Of a stretch of DNA of 64,000 nucleotides, positions 22,696 to 34,991 are shown in pieces (the stretch's first letter is position 1; each line of letters begins with the position of its first letter). Where the stretch lies: assembly GCA_051362555.1 (NCBI GenBank), contig CM120640.1:12524001-12588000 (forward strand), given 5' to 3'. A program made the position numbers and the translations under genes. This stretch comes from Lingula anatina. Its lineage: Eukaryota; Animalia; Brachiopoda. The notes under the pieces are model-generated. The model was not told the DNA's origin. It searched no databases and worked only from the letters and a program-made list of their open reading frames with translations.

Positions 22696-25600
22696 ATGTT
22701 TATCAAATCAGTCGTGTTAGACGGGTTTAAATCTTACGCTCAGCGTACAGAAATCACCGGCTTTGATGAGCAGTTCAATGCCATCACTGGTTTGAATGGA
22801 AGTGGAAAGTCAAACATTTTGGATTCCATTTGCTTTGTACTTGGAATTTCTAAACTTGATCAGGTAAATAAATTTAAAATAATTATTTGATTGTAAATTT
22901 GGAAGAGCAGTGTGTTTTAATATAAGTCCAACTGGATTTTTTTCCACCCTACCGGCATATTATACTGTTGTCAGTTCACTTCTACTCCTCGTGAAATCTT
23001 TTGACATCACTCTATACCCAGTTTGTACAATGTGTAGTAACTGTTATTGCCAGGTTATTGCATTACAAACTTATTCAGGGATATGGTAATACTATAGCTT
23101 CTTCAGTTCGGCAGTCTAATCAATTAATGTCAGATTCATAAAATTTAGGGAACACTTCATTTGCTAAAGAAATACTAGTAATTGCATAGAGATGTACAAT
23201 ATCAAACCTTCAGACTACTAAAACTTGGAAGGACAAGTGCATCAAATTTTAAGGCATGTCATGACTAGTAGTGAAAGTGGCTTTAAATGAAATATCTGCT
23301 TGATCATGACATACACTACTTGTTTAGTAATTTATTTTTTATATACTGTTATGACAATTTATCTTTTGTCAGGTCCGGGCCACAAATCTTCAAGAACTGG
23401 TTTATAAAAATGGTCAGGCAGGAGTGACCAAAGCTACTGTCAGTATCATCTTTGACAACAGTGACAAAAAACAAAGTCCGCTTGGATATGAGCAGTATGA
23501 TGAATTGACTGTGACTAGACAGGTTTGTTTCTTCTGCTTTGGCCTATGCTGTAGTGAAATACTTTTGCCTAATGCAACACTTTTTTTCTTAGAAAATATG
23601 TTATATTCATATTAATGAGCAAAAGCAGACGGAATTCAATCATTTTAACATAGTTGTCATTCTTTTTGATGAAAATAAGTAACGTATTTTAGAATTTGCT
23701 CTTTCTATATTCCTTAAAACTTATGCAGGTTGTGGTTGGTGGGCGTAATAAATATCTGATCAATGGCAGCAATGCAAATAACATCAGAGTCCAGGACTTG
23801 TTTCGCTCTGTGCAGCTCAACGTCAACAACCCACATTTCCTCATCATGCAAGGGAGGATCACCAAAGTTTTAAACATGAAACCACCAGAGGTAAGACTGT
23901 TGTAGAAGGTTACCAGTGTTAGAAACTCATATGCAATACTATTAAATTAAAAACCATCTAGTTAGTGCAGTGATGCAGTATATGTCAGCCTAACTTGTGT
24001 TAAAAACTATATAGTATAAAGCCCATTTTTTAAACTTGGTGTGTACTACATTTTGAGACTGGGTTCTTCAGGGTAAGTGCATGTATTTAAATATTTGTTT
24101 GCTACAATGTTTCAAACAGATATTCTGATCTCTTTGTAAGATAACATATTTAATCCCTATTCAGATTCTCTCAATGATAGAAGAAGCAGCTGGGACCAGA
24201 CTGTATGAGAGCAAGAAGGAATCAGCTCAGAGAACCATTGAAAAGAAGGATGCTAAACTAAAAGAAATTGACACTGTAAGTCACAGAATAAAAAATAAAA
24301 GCAGATGAAGTTTTTATTATTTTCAGTATTTTAAGAAGAGATTATTAATTTTTATTTATTTATTTTGTGTGTGTGTGAGGAGGGAATACACTTTTCTCAG
24401 CTTATTAGTTTTTACTTGCTGTTGTGAATATGGTACAGCTTATACAGTAGGAACTTGAGGTTAGCTTTTGTTCTAGATCTTAGCTGAAGAGATTACCCCG
24501 ACCCTGACCAAGTTGAAAGAAGAGAGATCGTCTTACCTGGAGTACCAGAAGGTTATCCGTGAGCTGGAACACCTAAACAAACTTTATATAGCCTACAAGT
24601 TTGTGTGTGCTGAGGTAAACTTAGTGGTCTTCTTGGAAATCATTGAAGTAAAACTCCTCTTTCTTTGGTTTACATTTCATTTGCTTACAAAATTAATAAT
24701 CAAATAATGTATGTTTGATAGGAAAAAAATCAACATTTTCAAAGTGTTTTTTCTTTATATAAAAACATTAGGACAAAAACATATGTAATCTTTTAAATTT
24801 GTAGGAGACAAAGCAGAGTTCAGTTGAACAGCTAGCTGAGATGCAAGAAGCCATGCAGAAATTCACTGATAGATTAAAGGAGGTGAGCTATATGAATTGG
24901 ACACATGACATGCCAGTATGAAAAATGCAACTGTATGCATTTTCAACATGAAAACTCCTGTTTCCAGTATGTGGATGTTTCTGCATTTAAAGACAAGTTA
25001 CTTTATGGCTCATCAAATGTACCAGTGATAAGTGAAAATGGGTGGAACATGAGAAATTTGATAAGAAGATCTTGTGAATTTGATCATGTACCACATATTT
25101 AATTCTTTCAGATTGAAGAGACTGTGGAGGGCCTAAATAAAGAGATAGCTGAACTGGAAAAGAAAAGGGATGAGGTCAGTATATGGTTCCTACATTTGGA
25201 CTAGTACACAGTTATGTTAAAATATAAACATGGGACATACATTCACTGTGAAGTCCATCTAATTCTGTTTGGGTTTATAAATGGACCTGCCCTCTTGAAT
25301 GATCTATGTATTAGACACATGGAAAGCTTTTCTCATTATTTTCATTTTTCCAAAAAATGACAAACCCCACTACATTTTGGTTTTGAAAGTAGAGGAGCAT
25401 TTAATTTAATTTTAAATCATTTTGCTGTTTTTTTTTTGTTTTTTTTCCTGAGTTTATTTGTAAAAACATAAAGAATAAGTGGCACCAAAGCACTGTAATT
25501 GTTCTTTATTAAGGAGTCTGGTGGTAAAATGGAGGAGCTAGAGACAGAGCTGAGTGAGAGACAGAAGGTGGAGGCTAAGGCCCAGAGTGCCCTGGATCAC

Positions 25601-28274
25601 AAGAAAGAGGCACTGAAGGCAGAGCAGAAGAAGAAGAAAGAGACATCTAAGCAGCATGATGAGGTACTTGGTGTTCTCAGGGAATGTTTTTGTTGCAGAA
25701 AAGATGTGCTTTCAATGGACTGCCATATGTAAAAACATTTTTTCTTTAAATGGCAAGGAGCAGTATATTTGAGATATATTTTCACCAAAGAGGTATATTG
25801 AAACTTAAATATTTTCTGATTTTTATCAGGATGTGAAAGTCCTCAAGTCCAAGCAGAAAGAGCTAGAGAAGTTTAATGAGACCTACTCCAGGCTGCTGCA
25901 GCAAAGCAAGGATGATGAGGAGGCCATAGTTGCAGCACAGAAACACTTCCATGCAGTCAGTGCTGGACTGTCCAGTAATGATGAAGGAGAGGCTGCCACT
26001 CTGGCTGACCAGCTCATGGGTAATAGTTTCAGACAAAACATATATCTGATTAAGTGAACATTTTTACTCCTCAGCCTTCCTATAAACCATGTATGTTCTT
26101 TGTGAGCTTAAGGTTAGGCATAGCATTATATGAAACTTTCAGTCAAGTGGGAGTCCAGAAAATGACCGCACAAGCTGATGTTTTAATAAGTTCTATGGTT
26201 TGTCCTTTAACTGCTGGTTAGATATTTCTACACCATGGAGTAAAGTAGATGATCTTAATTCTGACTTTCAGCCGCCAAGAATGACATCAGCAATGCAGAC
26301 ACAGAAACAAAACAAGCACAGATGAAGTAAGTCTCCTCTCAAACTTTGTATTTGACTGAAATTGTCCTAGTGGTTAATAATTAGTTTATGAGTTTTGTTT
26401 GTAGAGAGCTTGTGCATTTTCTTTATCCTATTCAGATATGGCTATGCTTCATGGACCATAAGCTTGTTCAGATTCCATTAGTCTAGTATGTTGTGTGTAA
26501 ATCTGAAAGCCGAGATTACAAAAAAAGTGCCTGAAAATTCTTAATATGTATATATCTATGTATTTTCTTCTAAATTTCAGACTGAAGCACAACCAGCAGG
26601 AAATCAAGAAGAAGCAAGCAGAATTGAAGAAGACTGAGCAAGGCTACAAGAAGGACAAAGATGCATATGATGCACTAGAGAAAAACCTACAGAAATTGGA
26701 AGTAAGGGGAAAGATTAACAATTTCCAAATGAATGCAAGTTTTCTTCAATGTTCCGTAAGAAAAATTATTCAGTTTCGCTTGCCTATAGTGCCTATGTCT
26801 CTCCCTAGGGCACTGTAATACACACAAAGAAACATTCCCCAAAGACCATTAAATTCAACCTAAAATTGCATAATGTAGTGAATTATGAGAAATAATAATG
26901 ATGGATGCATGTTATGCTTACCTTATCTCCTGGTCTTTCAGGCAGAGCTGAAAAAGCTTGGTTTTGAGGAGAACAAAGAAGAGGACCTGCAAAAAAGAAG
27001 AAGGGACTTGACCAAAGAGGTCCAGTCACTTAGACAGAAGGTTGACTCTCTGGAATCCAAGTAGGTGTTGACAATATGGGATTCAAACTAAAAAAAGTCT
27101 CATCAGTGTATTTTCATTATTTCTGATCTTAAAGGGATAATAACTCTTCGATTCGGCCAAAAAATGAATTTTCCTGGAGTAAACAACAATTTTCCCATAC
27201 TTACCAATGGTTAATGAATCCATTTTTACATTCAAAGTTAGTCCCTGGTTTTTTTCTAAAAAGTTTGTTTTTTTTTGTTAAAATCTCTTAAGAGATTTTA
27301 GCAGAGTATAGCCATCAATGGAGGTCACGTGGTCTAAAGAAAAGCTCAGATATCAAAATAATAGCTATAACTGCCGTTTTTGTGGTAAAACAGAATATAT
27401 TAGATTTCATACGAAGAGTTATTATCCCTTTAAAGTTACCCAGGAGGCTATATTTGTATAGCATCAGTGGCTTAATTGAACTTGAAGGATATGGTCCCTG
27501 GTTATATACACTATCATTTTTCAATAAGATATTTTAAGTGAGGTATTTAATTAATTTTTATTATGCAGATTCCCAAGACTTCAGTTCGAATACAAAGACC
27601 CTGAGAAGAACTTTGACAGGTCCAAGGTGCATGGTCTTGTCTGCAAGCTAGTAAAGGTGCCAGATGTCAGCACGGCAACTGCTCTAGAGGTTACTGCAGG
27701 AGGAAAGGTGAAATTTTTTTATATGAAAAATGCTGCTTTAGTTGTTAAAAACTGTTTGTTGTCTTTAAAAAGTCAAAAAGTCACTTTACAGTGCAGGGAA
27801 CTTGAAAATATTCATGTGGTTTGTTTATGAGAAGTATAAGCACAGTAGTGATTTTTAAGTGTTCAGGGTCCATTGGGAACTATGATTCAATACTATTCTG
27901 CATAGTAAAGGTTCATCACTGTGTTCCAGCTTTACAACATTGTAGTTGACACAGAACAGACAGGGAAGAAGCTGTTACAGAAGGGAGAGTTAAAGATGCG
28001 CTACACCATCATTCCACTCAACAAGATTTCTGCCAGGAGCATTGATGCTCCAACCATCAAAAGAGCTGAGGAGCTGGTAAGTGCTGGCTGATAGTTTCAG
28101 TGCCAGAAAAAAAAAAACAAGGGATATGAAACTTTTAAGGAAACCAATGCTAAACTTATTTTTCCTGGGTGACTGTGCAATGTGCATATATATTTCTTTG
28201 GAAAACATTGTGTATTTTTAAAGTTGGAATATTTCAAACTGCAGAACTCCTTCAGTGAAACATTGTAAGATTTG

Positions 28275-28329
<55 letters not shown>

Positions 28330-31300
28330 TTAATATGGTTATTACATGTAGAATATGTTAAATCTAGGTTGGCAAAGACAATGTTCACACTGCCCTGTCC
28401 CTGGTTGGCTATGAGAAGGATCTCCAGAAGGCTATGGAGTTTGTGTTTGGCTCTGCCTTTGTCTGCACTGACATGAACACAGCCAAGAAGGTCACGTATG
28501 ATGAAAAGGTGCTGAAAAAGTCTGTCACCTTGGATGGAGACTCTTTTGATCCATCTGGATTGCTGACTGGAGGTGAGTGGTCTGATGGGATAAAGATTCT
28601 CCCAAAATGAACAAGGTTATGAAATGGCAAGGTGAATATTGATGTAATTGAAGTTTTTTAAATGAATTTTAAACTGGGCCATATTTATACTTTTAAAATT
28701 TATGAGTTATACTTATTTATCATTTGAGACAAAAGTTTTACTCCTGAGATGTGTTTTAAAGGCAGTGCTGCCAGTCTATGCACTTCTATGATTTTTTTAT
28801 TTATTTTTTTTTTTTTTGTTCAAATAAGTTTTCATTGTCTTTAAGTGTACCAGGTAAAAAATGATAAATTCTCCCCCAGGTGCCCGTGCCCAGACTAGTT
28901 CTATCCTGGTGAAGCTTCAGGAGATCCAGGAGGCAGCTGGCATACTGGCCACCAAAGAGAAGGAGCTGGATGCTGTGGAGAAAGAGTTGCAGTCACTTGC
29001 TAAAGTTGCTGATCAGTAAGTTTGATTTCCTGTGCAAATATACAGATGCATTTTGGAATTGACAGGGCCTGAAATTTCTTTGTGTCATAAAGAAGTTAAG
29101 AAATTAAGAAGTGCCATCTTATCTGATAATATTCACAGCAGGGATTCTCTTATCCTTTTTATATGAAAATAGTTTAGAATGTAAATTGCATATTGTATTA
29201 ATAATGGGGATCGGGTTGGGAGGACCGAAATATGTTGTTTTTATTAGGTTCTTCAGTTCCTGATCCTGCAAAATTACCCTTATCCAAGTTAAGTTCAAGT
29301 TTATTTCTTGTTTCTGACATGAACAATTGCATTTGTTCCAGATATCAGAAACTAAAGCAGCAATATGACCTCAAGGTTCATGAGGCTGAACTGGTCAAAG
29401 CAAGACTGGAACAGGGAACACATCATCAGCAGCTAGAGGATATCAATGCTCTCCAGAGCTCCATTGGTACATTATTGTTTAAATATATTATATTCTTAGT
29501 TAGATGGAGTTGTCTTCTGCTTGCTATATATAAACTTGTATATATTAATACTTCACATTGTATTCAGCAACTCATGTATGCTTTAAAGATATGTCTACTA
29601 TTCTATTTAGTAAAAGAGAAAATGAGATGTTGGGTAAATATTGTATTCTGATTTTATATTGAATTGATAGATGAACAAGAGGCCACGTTGAAGAAGGCCA
29701 AAGAAACCCAGGACAAAGCCACAAAAAAGGTGAAAGAACTTGAGGACAAGATCAAGAATGCCAAGTCTATTAGGGAAAAGGAATTGAAAGAATCAGAAAA
29801 GGCTCTTGAGAAGGCCAAGAAAAATGCAGAAGAGTCTAGCAAAAAACTGAAGGAAAAACAGCAGGTACATATAGAATGATGTGAGGGGATGTATCCTTAG
29901 TATTATTGGTAAATACGTAATTATAATTATCTTTTCCTCTTATTAATTACTTTTGCAGAGACACAGCACAACCTTATTTCCCTCTATGCCTGAGTTTCTT
30001 TAGATTGGGACAAGGTTAGCGCAATGAGAAAGATTACAAAGGGATTATCATCACAGTCTAGTGCATAATTCTAGAAGTTGGATATATGTCCATTATAGAA
30101 AATAGAAAGAAGAAAAAGAGCTGTTAAGGATAGAGCCTAAAATATAAAACTTGCCTTATTTTCAGGATCATGACAGCTTAAAGCTGGAGTGTGAAGAACT
30201 GGAGAAGGAAATAGCTGGATATGAAGACCAACTGAAGGCAGTGGACGAAGCCATCAAAGGAATTGAGGAGCAACTAGAACAGTTACAAGAAGTTGCTGCA
30301 CAGCATAAGGTGAGAAATAGGCCTAGGCCAGATAAAAAGAACGAGGGGAAAAGCTGATACTGCTTTAGGTCTAGGAATGAGGTTTAGCTTTTAATATTGT
30401 GAGATTATTTAACTGTCTTACAAGGTAACTTTGGCCATTAAGCAAATCACTTTAACCCGTGGATTTACATTCATGTTTTTTATTTTATTATTATTATTTT
30501 AGGCTGCAGTTAAGGAAGCCCAGGCCGAGGTGAACAAGCAGAAGGAACTGTTGAAGGCTAGAAACAAGGAGATAAGTGCCAAACACACAGAGCAGAAAAA
30601 CCTGCAGAAGGAGACCAACGCCACACAGCTGAAGATGCAGGAGATGGAACACAAGATTGCCAAGCACAACAGGGAATCCAAAGATGCAGCTAAACTGGTG
30701 AGTCCTTGGGTCAAATTTATCATAAGCATTGGAAGAAAAAAGTTCAGTTTTGTTGTTTCTGTTTGAAATTACTGTGTGATTAGGTGATAAACTATGTTTT
30801 AATGTGAAAGTGCACAGAGAAAGTGTCAAATGCCTAATCTGTGAAATGTACTTCTTAGGAATTGTATTCACAGATCTGAGGTTGTTTGCTCTCTTATGTT
30901 GGTTTCTGCTGCCATTGTATTGTTCAATGTTGAGATAAATCCAATGTATGTTTTGGTGCTAATCTCTTTCTTGATCACAGGTCGAACAAATGCTGCAGCA
31001 GTATGAATGGATTGCCGACGAGAAGAAATATTTTGGGCAGGCAAACACAGCTTATGACTTCAAGGCAAATGACCCCAAAGAGGCTGGCCGTAGGATCCAG
31101 AAACTGCAGGAGACCAAGGATAAGCTCTCCAAGAATGTGAACATGAGGGCCATGAATATGCTGGGGAAAGCAGAAGAACAGGCAAGTGAAGAAGTGACTG
31201 TTACTGATGCCATCAGATCAGTTACTAGCTATTTAACCAGATTGACTATTATAGGAATAGATTATTTAAATTACTTCACTAGTCTTGCTTAAAATTTAGA

Positions 31301-33050
31301 GAAAAAGCATATGGCAGTGCACCGTAGCATGCTTCCTGCCCTGCATGGATTTAGTAAAAGACTGCTTTTTTAAACCTGATAAACTGCATCTGACATAAGT
31401 GATCACTGAGTGCCCAAATTACATGGGGATCTCCATTTTGCTTGGGGCTTTTTTGCCTAATGTTAAGAAATATACTTGTCAGTTAACATATTACTGGTTT
31501 CATTCAGACTTGAAAAATCGCTTTACACTATCGCTTTACAGATTCGGGGTTTTGTGCAATATACTGTACTTCAGAGTATTTTGATGTTTCTTATGTATTT
31601 CCTTGCTCAGTACAATGACCTGATCAAGAAAAGAAAGATGGTTCTCAATGACAAGGCCAAGATTGCTGCTGTTATAGCTGAACTGGATGAGAAGAAAAAT
31701 GAAGCCCTGAAGAAAGCGTATGAACAAGTTAACAAAGTATGTTGGTTGTTTGTAAATCACTCTGATGATGGGCATCCAGTTAGTTTTTAAATTTTATGCA
31801 AACAGTTGATGTATGAATTGTATAAAGAAATACAGCTTACTTTTATTGAGATTTGTAGGAAAAATTTTGTATTTGTGAAACTTTTTGTGTGTGTTTCAAA
31901 CATGAGATTCAGAGTCATTTATGTGCATATCTTTCAATTATTTTCTTTTATGGATACAACTTGATGTAGATGTTTAGTTTACGTATCATATCTGAACTGC
32001 CTATGTCTTCCAGGACTTTGGTTCCATCTTCTCCACGCTGCTGGTGGGAGCCAAGGCCAAGCTGGCGCCACCTGAAGGGCTGGGTGTTCTGGACGGTCTA
32101 GAGGTGAAAGTGGCATTTGGAGAGAAATGTCAGTGGAAGGAGTCCCTCACAGAACTCAGTGGAGGACAGAGGTCTGTGCTGGACTTTTTTTAATGCATCA
32201 TTATGTTTGATATATACAAAACTTTTGATATTTTATGTCAGCCTTGATGGCAACATCAAAGCATTCATTTGTGAAAGAAAACGGTCATGTTTAATATAGA
32301 AATTGTAAGAGTTTTGGTGTCATTTTATATAAATCTGATACTTGTATGGTTTTGACACGTGATGCCAATATACAAACCTTACCCCCAAAGAATTGCCTTC
32401 ATACTTGAACATATCTCTCTGGTTTATAATTCCAGGTCTCTGGTAGCCCTGTCCCTGATCTTGTCACTGCTGTTGTTCAAGCCAGCCCCGCTGTACATTC
32501 TAGACGAGGTGGACGCTGCTCTTGACTCCAGTCACACACAGAACATTGGACAGATGCTGAGGACCCACTTCAAACACTCACAGGTAACACAAACTTGAAC
32601 TGAAGTGATTAGATGTTCTACTTTGTTCTTGTGGTTTTCAAAAAATGTTTTACAGTTTTATTTTCAAATCATTTGCACGTAATATCTTAAATATGAAGGG
32701 TACCTTTACAATACCTTCAGTAAAAGCAGTCTACCAGCAGTATCTTAAGAAACTGTGATTTTGCACATTTTAGGTAATGTTCACATCTTCAAATTTGTGT
32801 AACATTGTAATTCTTTTACTTACAGTTCATTATAGTCTCACTTAAAGATGGTATGTTCAACAACGCCAATGTCCTGTTCAAAACCCGGTTTGTTGATGGC
32901 GTCTCCACAGTGACACGCTATGTTCAAAACCAGCCTCACAAAAGTGGTACTTCCTCAAGTAAAGACGACAAGACAAGTAAAAAGAAGGCCACCACCAAGC
33001 GTGCAAGAATTGATGAAGCACCAACACCTTTAGGTGTGCACACTGAATGA
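22696..33050 (+). CDS. SMC2: Structural maintenance of chromosomes protein 2 (condensin subunit), ~25 coding exons
   Basis: N-terminus [15 protein letters not shown]...[24 protein letters not shown] (Walker A); [30 protein letters not shown]; hinge [17 protein letters not shown]; signature [16 protein letters not shown]; Walker [13 protein letters not shown]; TGA at 33048-33050. Confidence 0.98.
27133..27429. mobile_element. 297-bp Kolobok-type MITE with TTAA TSD, in an SMC2 intron
   Basis: Perfect 18-bp TIRs AGGGATAATAACTCTTCG (27133-27150) and CGAAGAGTTATTATCCCT (27412-27429), with TTAA at 27129-27132 and 27430-27433. Purine-purine termini fit Kolobok better than piggyBac. Confidence 0.85.
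28277..28329. repeat. (TTA)n microsatellite, intronic
   Basis: About 17 tandem TTA units; it explains the poly-Ile in ORF 28255..28476. Confidence 0.95.
31182..31610 (+). other. GC-AG intron in SMC2
   Basis: Donor CAG|GCAAGT at 31182 and acceptor CCTTGCTCAG at 31610. Splicing restores the conserved [11 protein letters not shown]|YNDLIKKR. Confidence 0.85.
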
Positions 33051-34991
33051 AAAACTTTTCCATGGAGTATCTAGGTTATAGCAAAAATTTTTCCAACTCT
33101 GTAGATGATATATCAGATTGGATAGAGCAAATATTCCACTGACACGGAAGGGGCTGCGGGTGACCCTGCTCACAGTAAGAGTAGCCCAATCTCACACCAA
33201 GATGAGTGCAGATTTGTGAGGAGACACAATTATAATGCACGTGCACAGGCTAGGATATTCCTGTGTAGAATCTGAATCTTGTCTACTGCAAGCTGGATCT
33301 GAACGGGTAGCCAAGGAATATGTATGAACTTGTGTGTACTGTAGTGAATATGTGATATATTGAGTAATGCTGTAAAGAATGGAAATTGTTTACCAATATA
33401 TTGAAATCTTTTATTTATTTATTTATTTATTTATTTTTTTGTATTGAAATGAGTGTAATTTAATTTTTTTTAGAAGCAACAACTTCAGTTATTGAATTCT
33501 TCCAGTAATTTCCATAGTTGATCTCTGTTAGTTTTTTGACCATGTAACCTCTATAAAGAGTTGCATTTGCTCTGAATTTAAAAAAGAAAATCATAACAGA
33601 TGGTAAATTGAAAAGAAACTGACATTATTCTTGTCACTCTCATTTGTATATACCTCATGTCACCATATTGGTAAAATATAGATTGCTTTTAGAAAATAAA
33701 ATAATAGATAATTATTTTTATTTGATGTGCGTGATTTACTTATCTATGGACTCGAGCCAAAGTTGGTTAAAAAGCAACATAGCTTGACTTTATTGTTTAT
33801 GCAATGTCAATAACTTTGAAAAATAACCAAAGGTAATAAAAAATATAAATATTCTCACAACTCATAGATCCCAACTGGGTGAGCCTAGAAATAAATCCTG
33901 AACCATAACATGTATGGTAACACAATGGTAGCTTATGGAGGAAATGTATGAAAATAATGGCAGTGTTGATTGTAAAAATGGTATTTAAAAAAATTCGTAA
34001 GAATGATAGGACGGATGGGAACATGCTAGAGGGTGTCAATGCAGATAAAGCTACCCTACAAATATATGAACATATCTTAGCAAAAGTTCGATTTAGATCT
34101 TGATTGTGACAACTTTTATAGTGTGCAGATAAACCTTCCATGTAAGAAGAGCTAGTAAAAGGCTTTATACAAAGTAACAATAAAAATCTGATATCAGTAT
34201 ATTAAACCATAACATGATAAATAAATAGTGTGTTCTTGGCTCACTTAAAACTTGTAATTTATGAGACAAAACCGTTTGCCATCAAATCTGGCCAGAAATG
34301 CTTGCTTTGCATATAAATATCAACATAAATTTACACATGAAGTAAAAAATATATAACACTAGATAATAAATAACTGCCTAGAGCATCAATCCTAGATTAC
34401 AAATCCTAATTCTATATACAACAAAGAGATATGCAATAGAGCTGAAGACAACATTAATACCTAATTTTCAGCACCAATTTGGGTTAACCCTTCATCCTTG
34501 GTAAATAAAATTGATTGACCCTGAATTCTTGCTCCCCAAATAACTGACCAATTGTCAATATGATACATTGTATGAGCCCTTATCCTTGGCATCCAATCTC
34601 AAAAACAATTTACCATAATCTCTCATAATCTAACCCTGTGTTTTGATCTCCAATCTCAAAAGGCATTTTTTTAAAATAAGATCTGCCATTATATAAAAAA
34701 TGAGAATGGATAATCCACATCTCATTTCATTAAGGGTTGTCAACCTGACATTGGGAACATTTCACCTTGTGCAAATTTGAGCAAAATCTAGGTAGTCTCA
34801 TTAAGGTATATATGTATATCATATTTTCTGCTAAATCAACACTGCGAAAATGAAGTTCAATGACTGATCCACGAATGTACAAGACATCTCATTGAAACTG
34901 ACAAATCACTCCCTGATGCTTTGTCATAGTCTTTATAGTCTCAGTTTTGCACCTCTCTTGTCTGATATCATTTTTAATACAAGGATACACT

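Noticed and set aside
29891-29898. GTATCCTT in an SMC2 intron as a U12 donor
   Set aside because: It lies 26 nt inside the intron, after an in-frame stop; the real donor is at 29865 and no U12 branch point is seen.
34484-34740. TTAACCCTT...AAGGGTT as a piggyBac MITE
   Set aside because: Only about 7 bp of inverted match and no right-hand TTAA.
33051-34970. SECIS, snoRNA or hidden gene between SMC2 and the giant gene, including ORF 33797..34180
   Set aside because: No gene needs an in-frame UGA, no convincing box C/D or H/ACA structure is seen, and the ORF has no recognisable features; the region reads as 3' UTRs and spacer.
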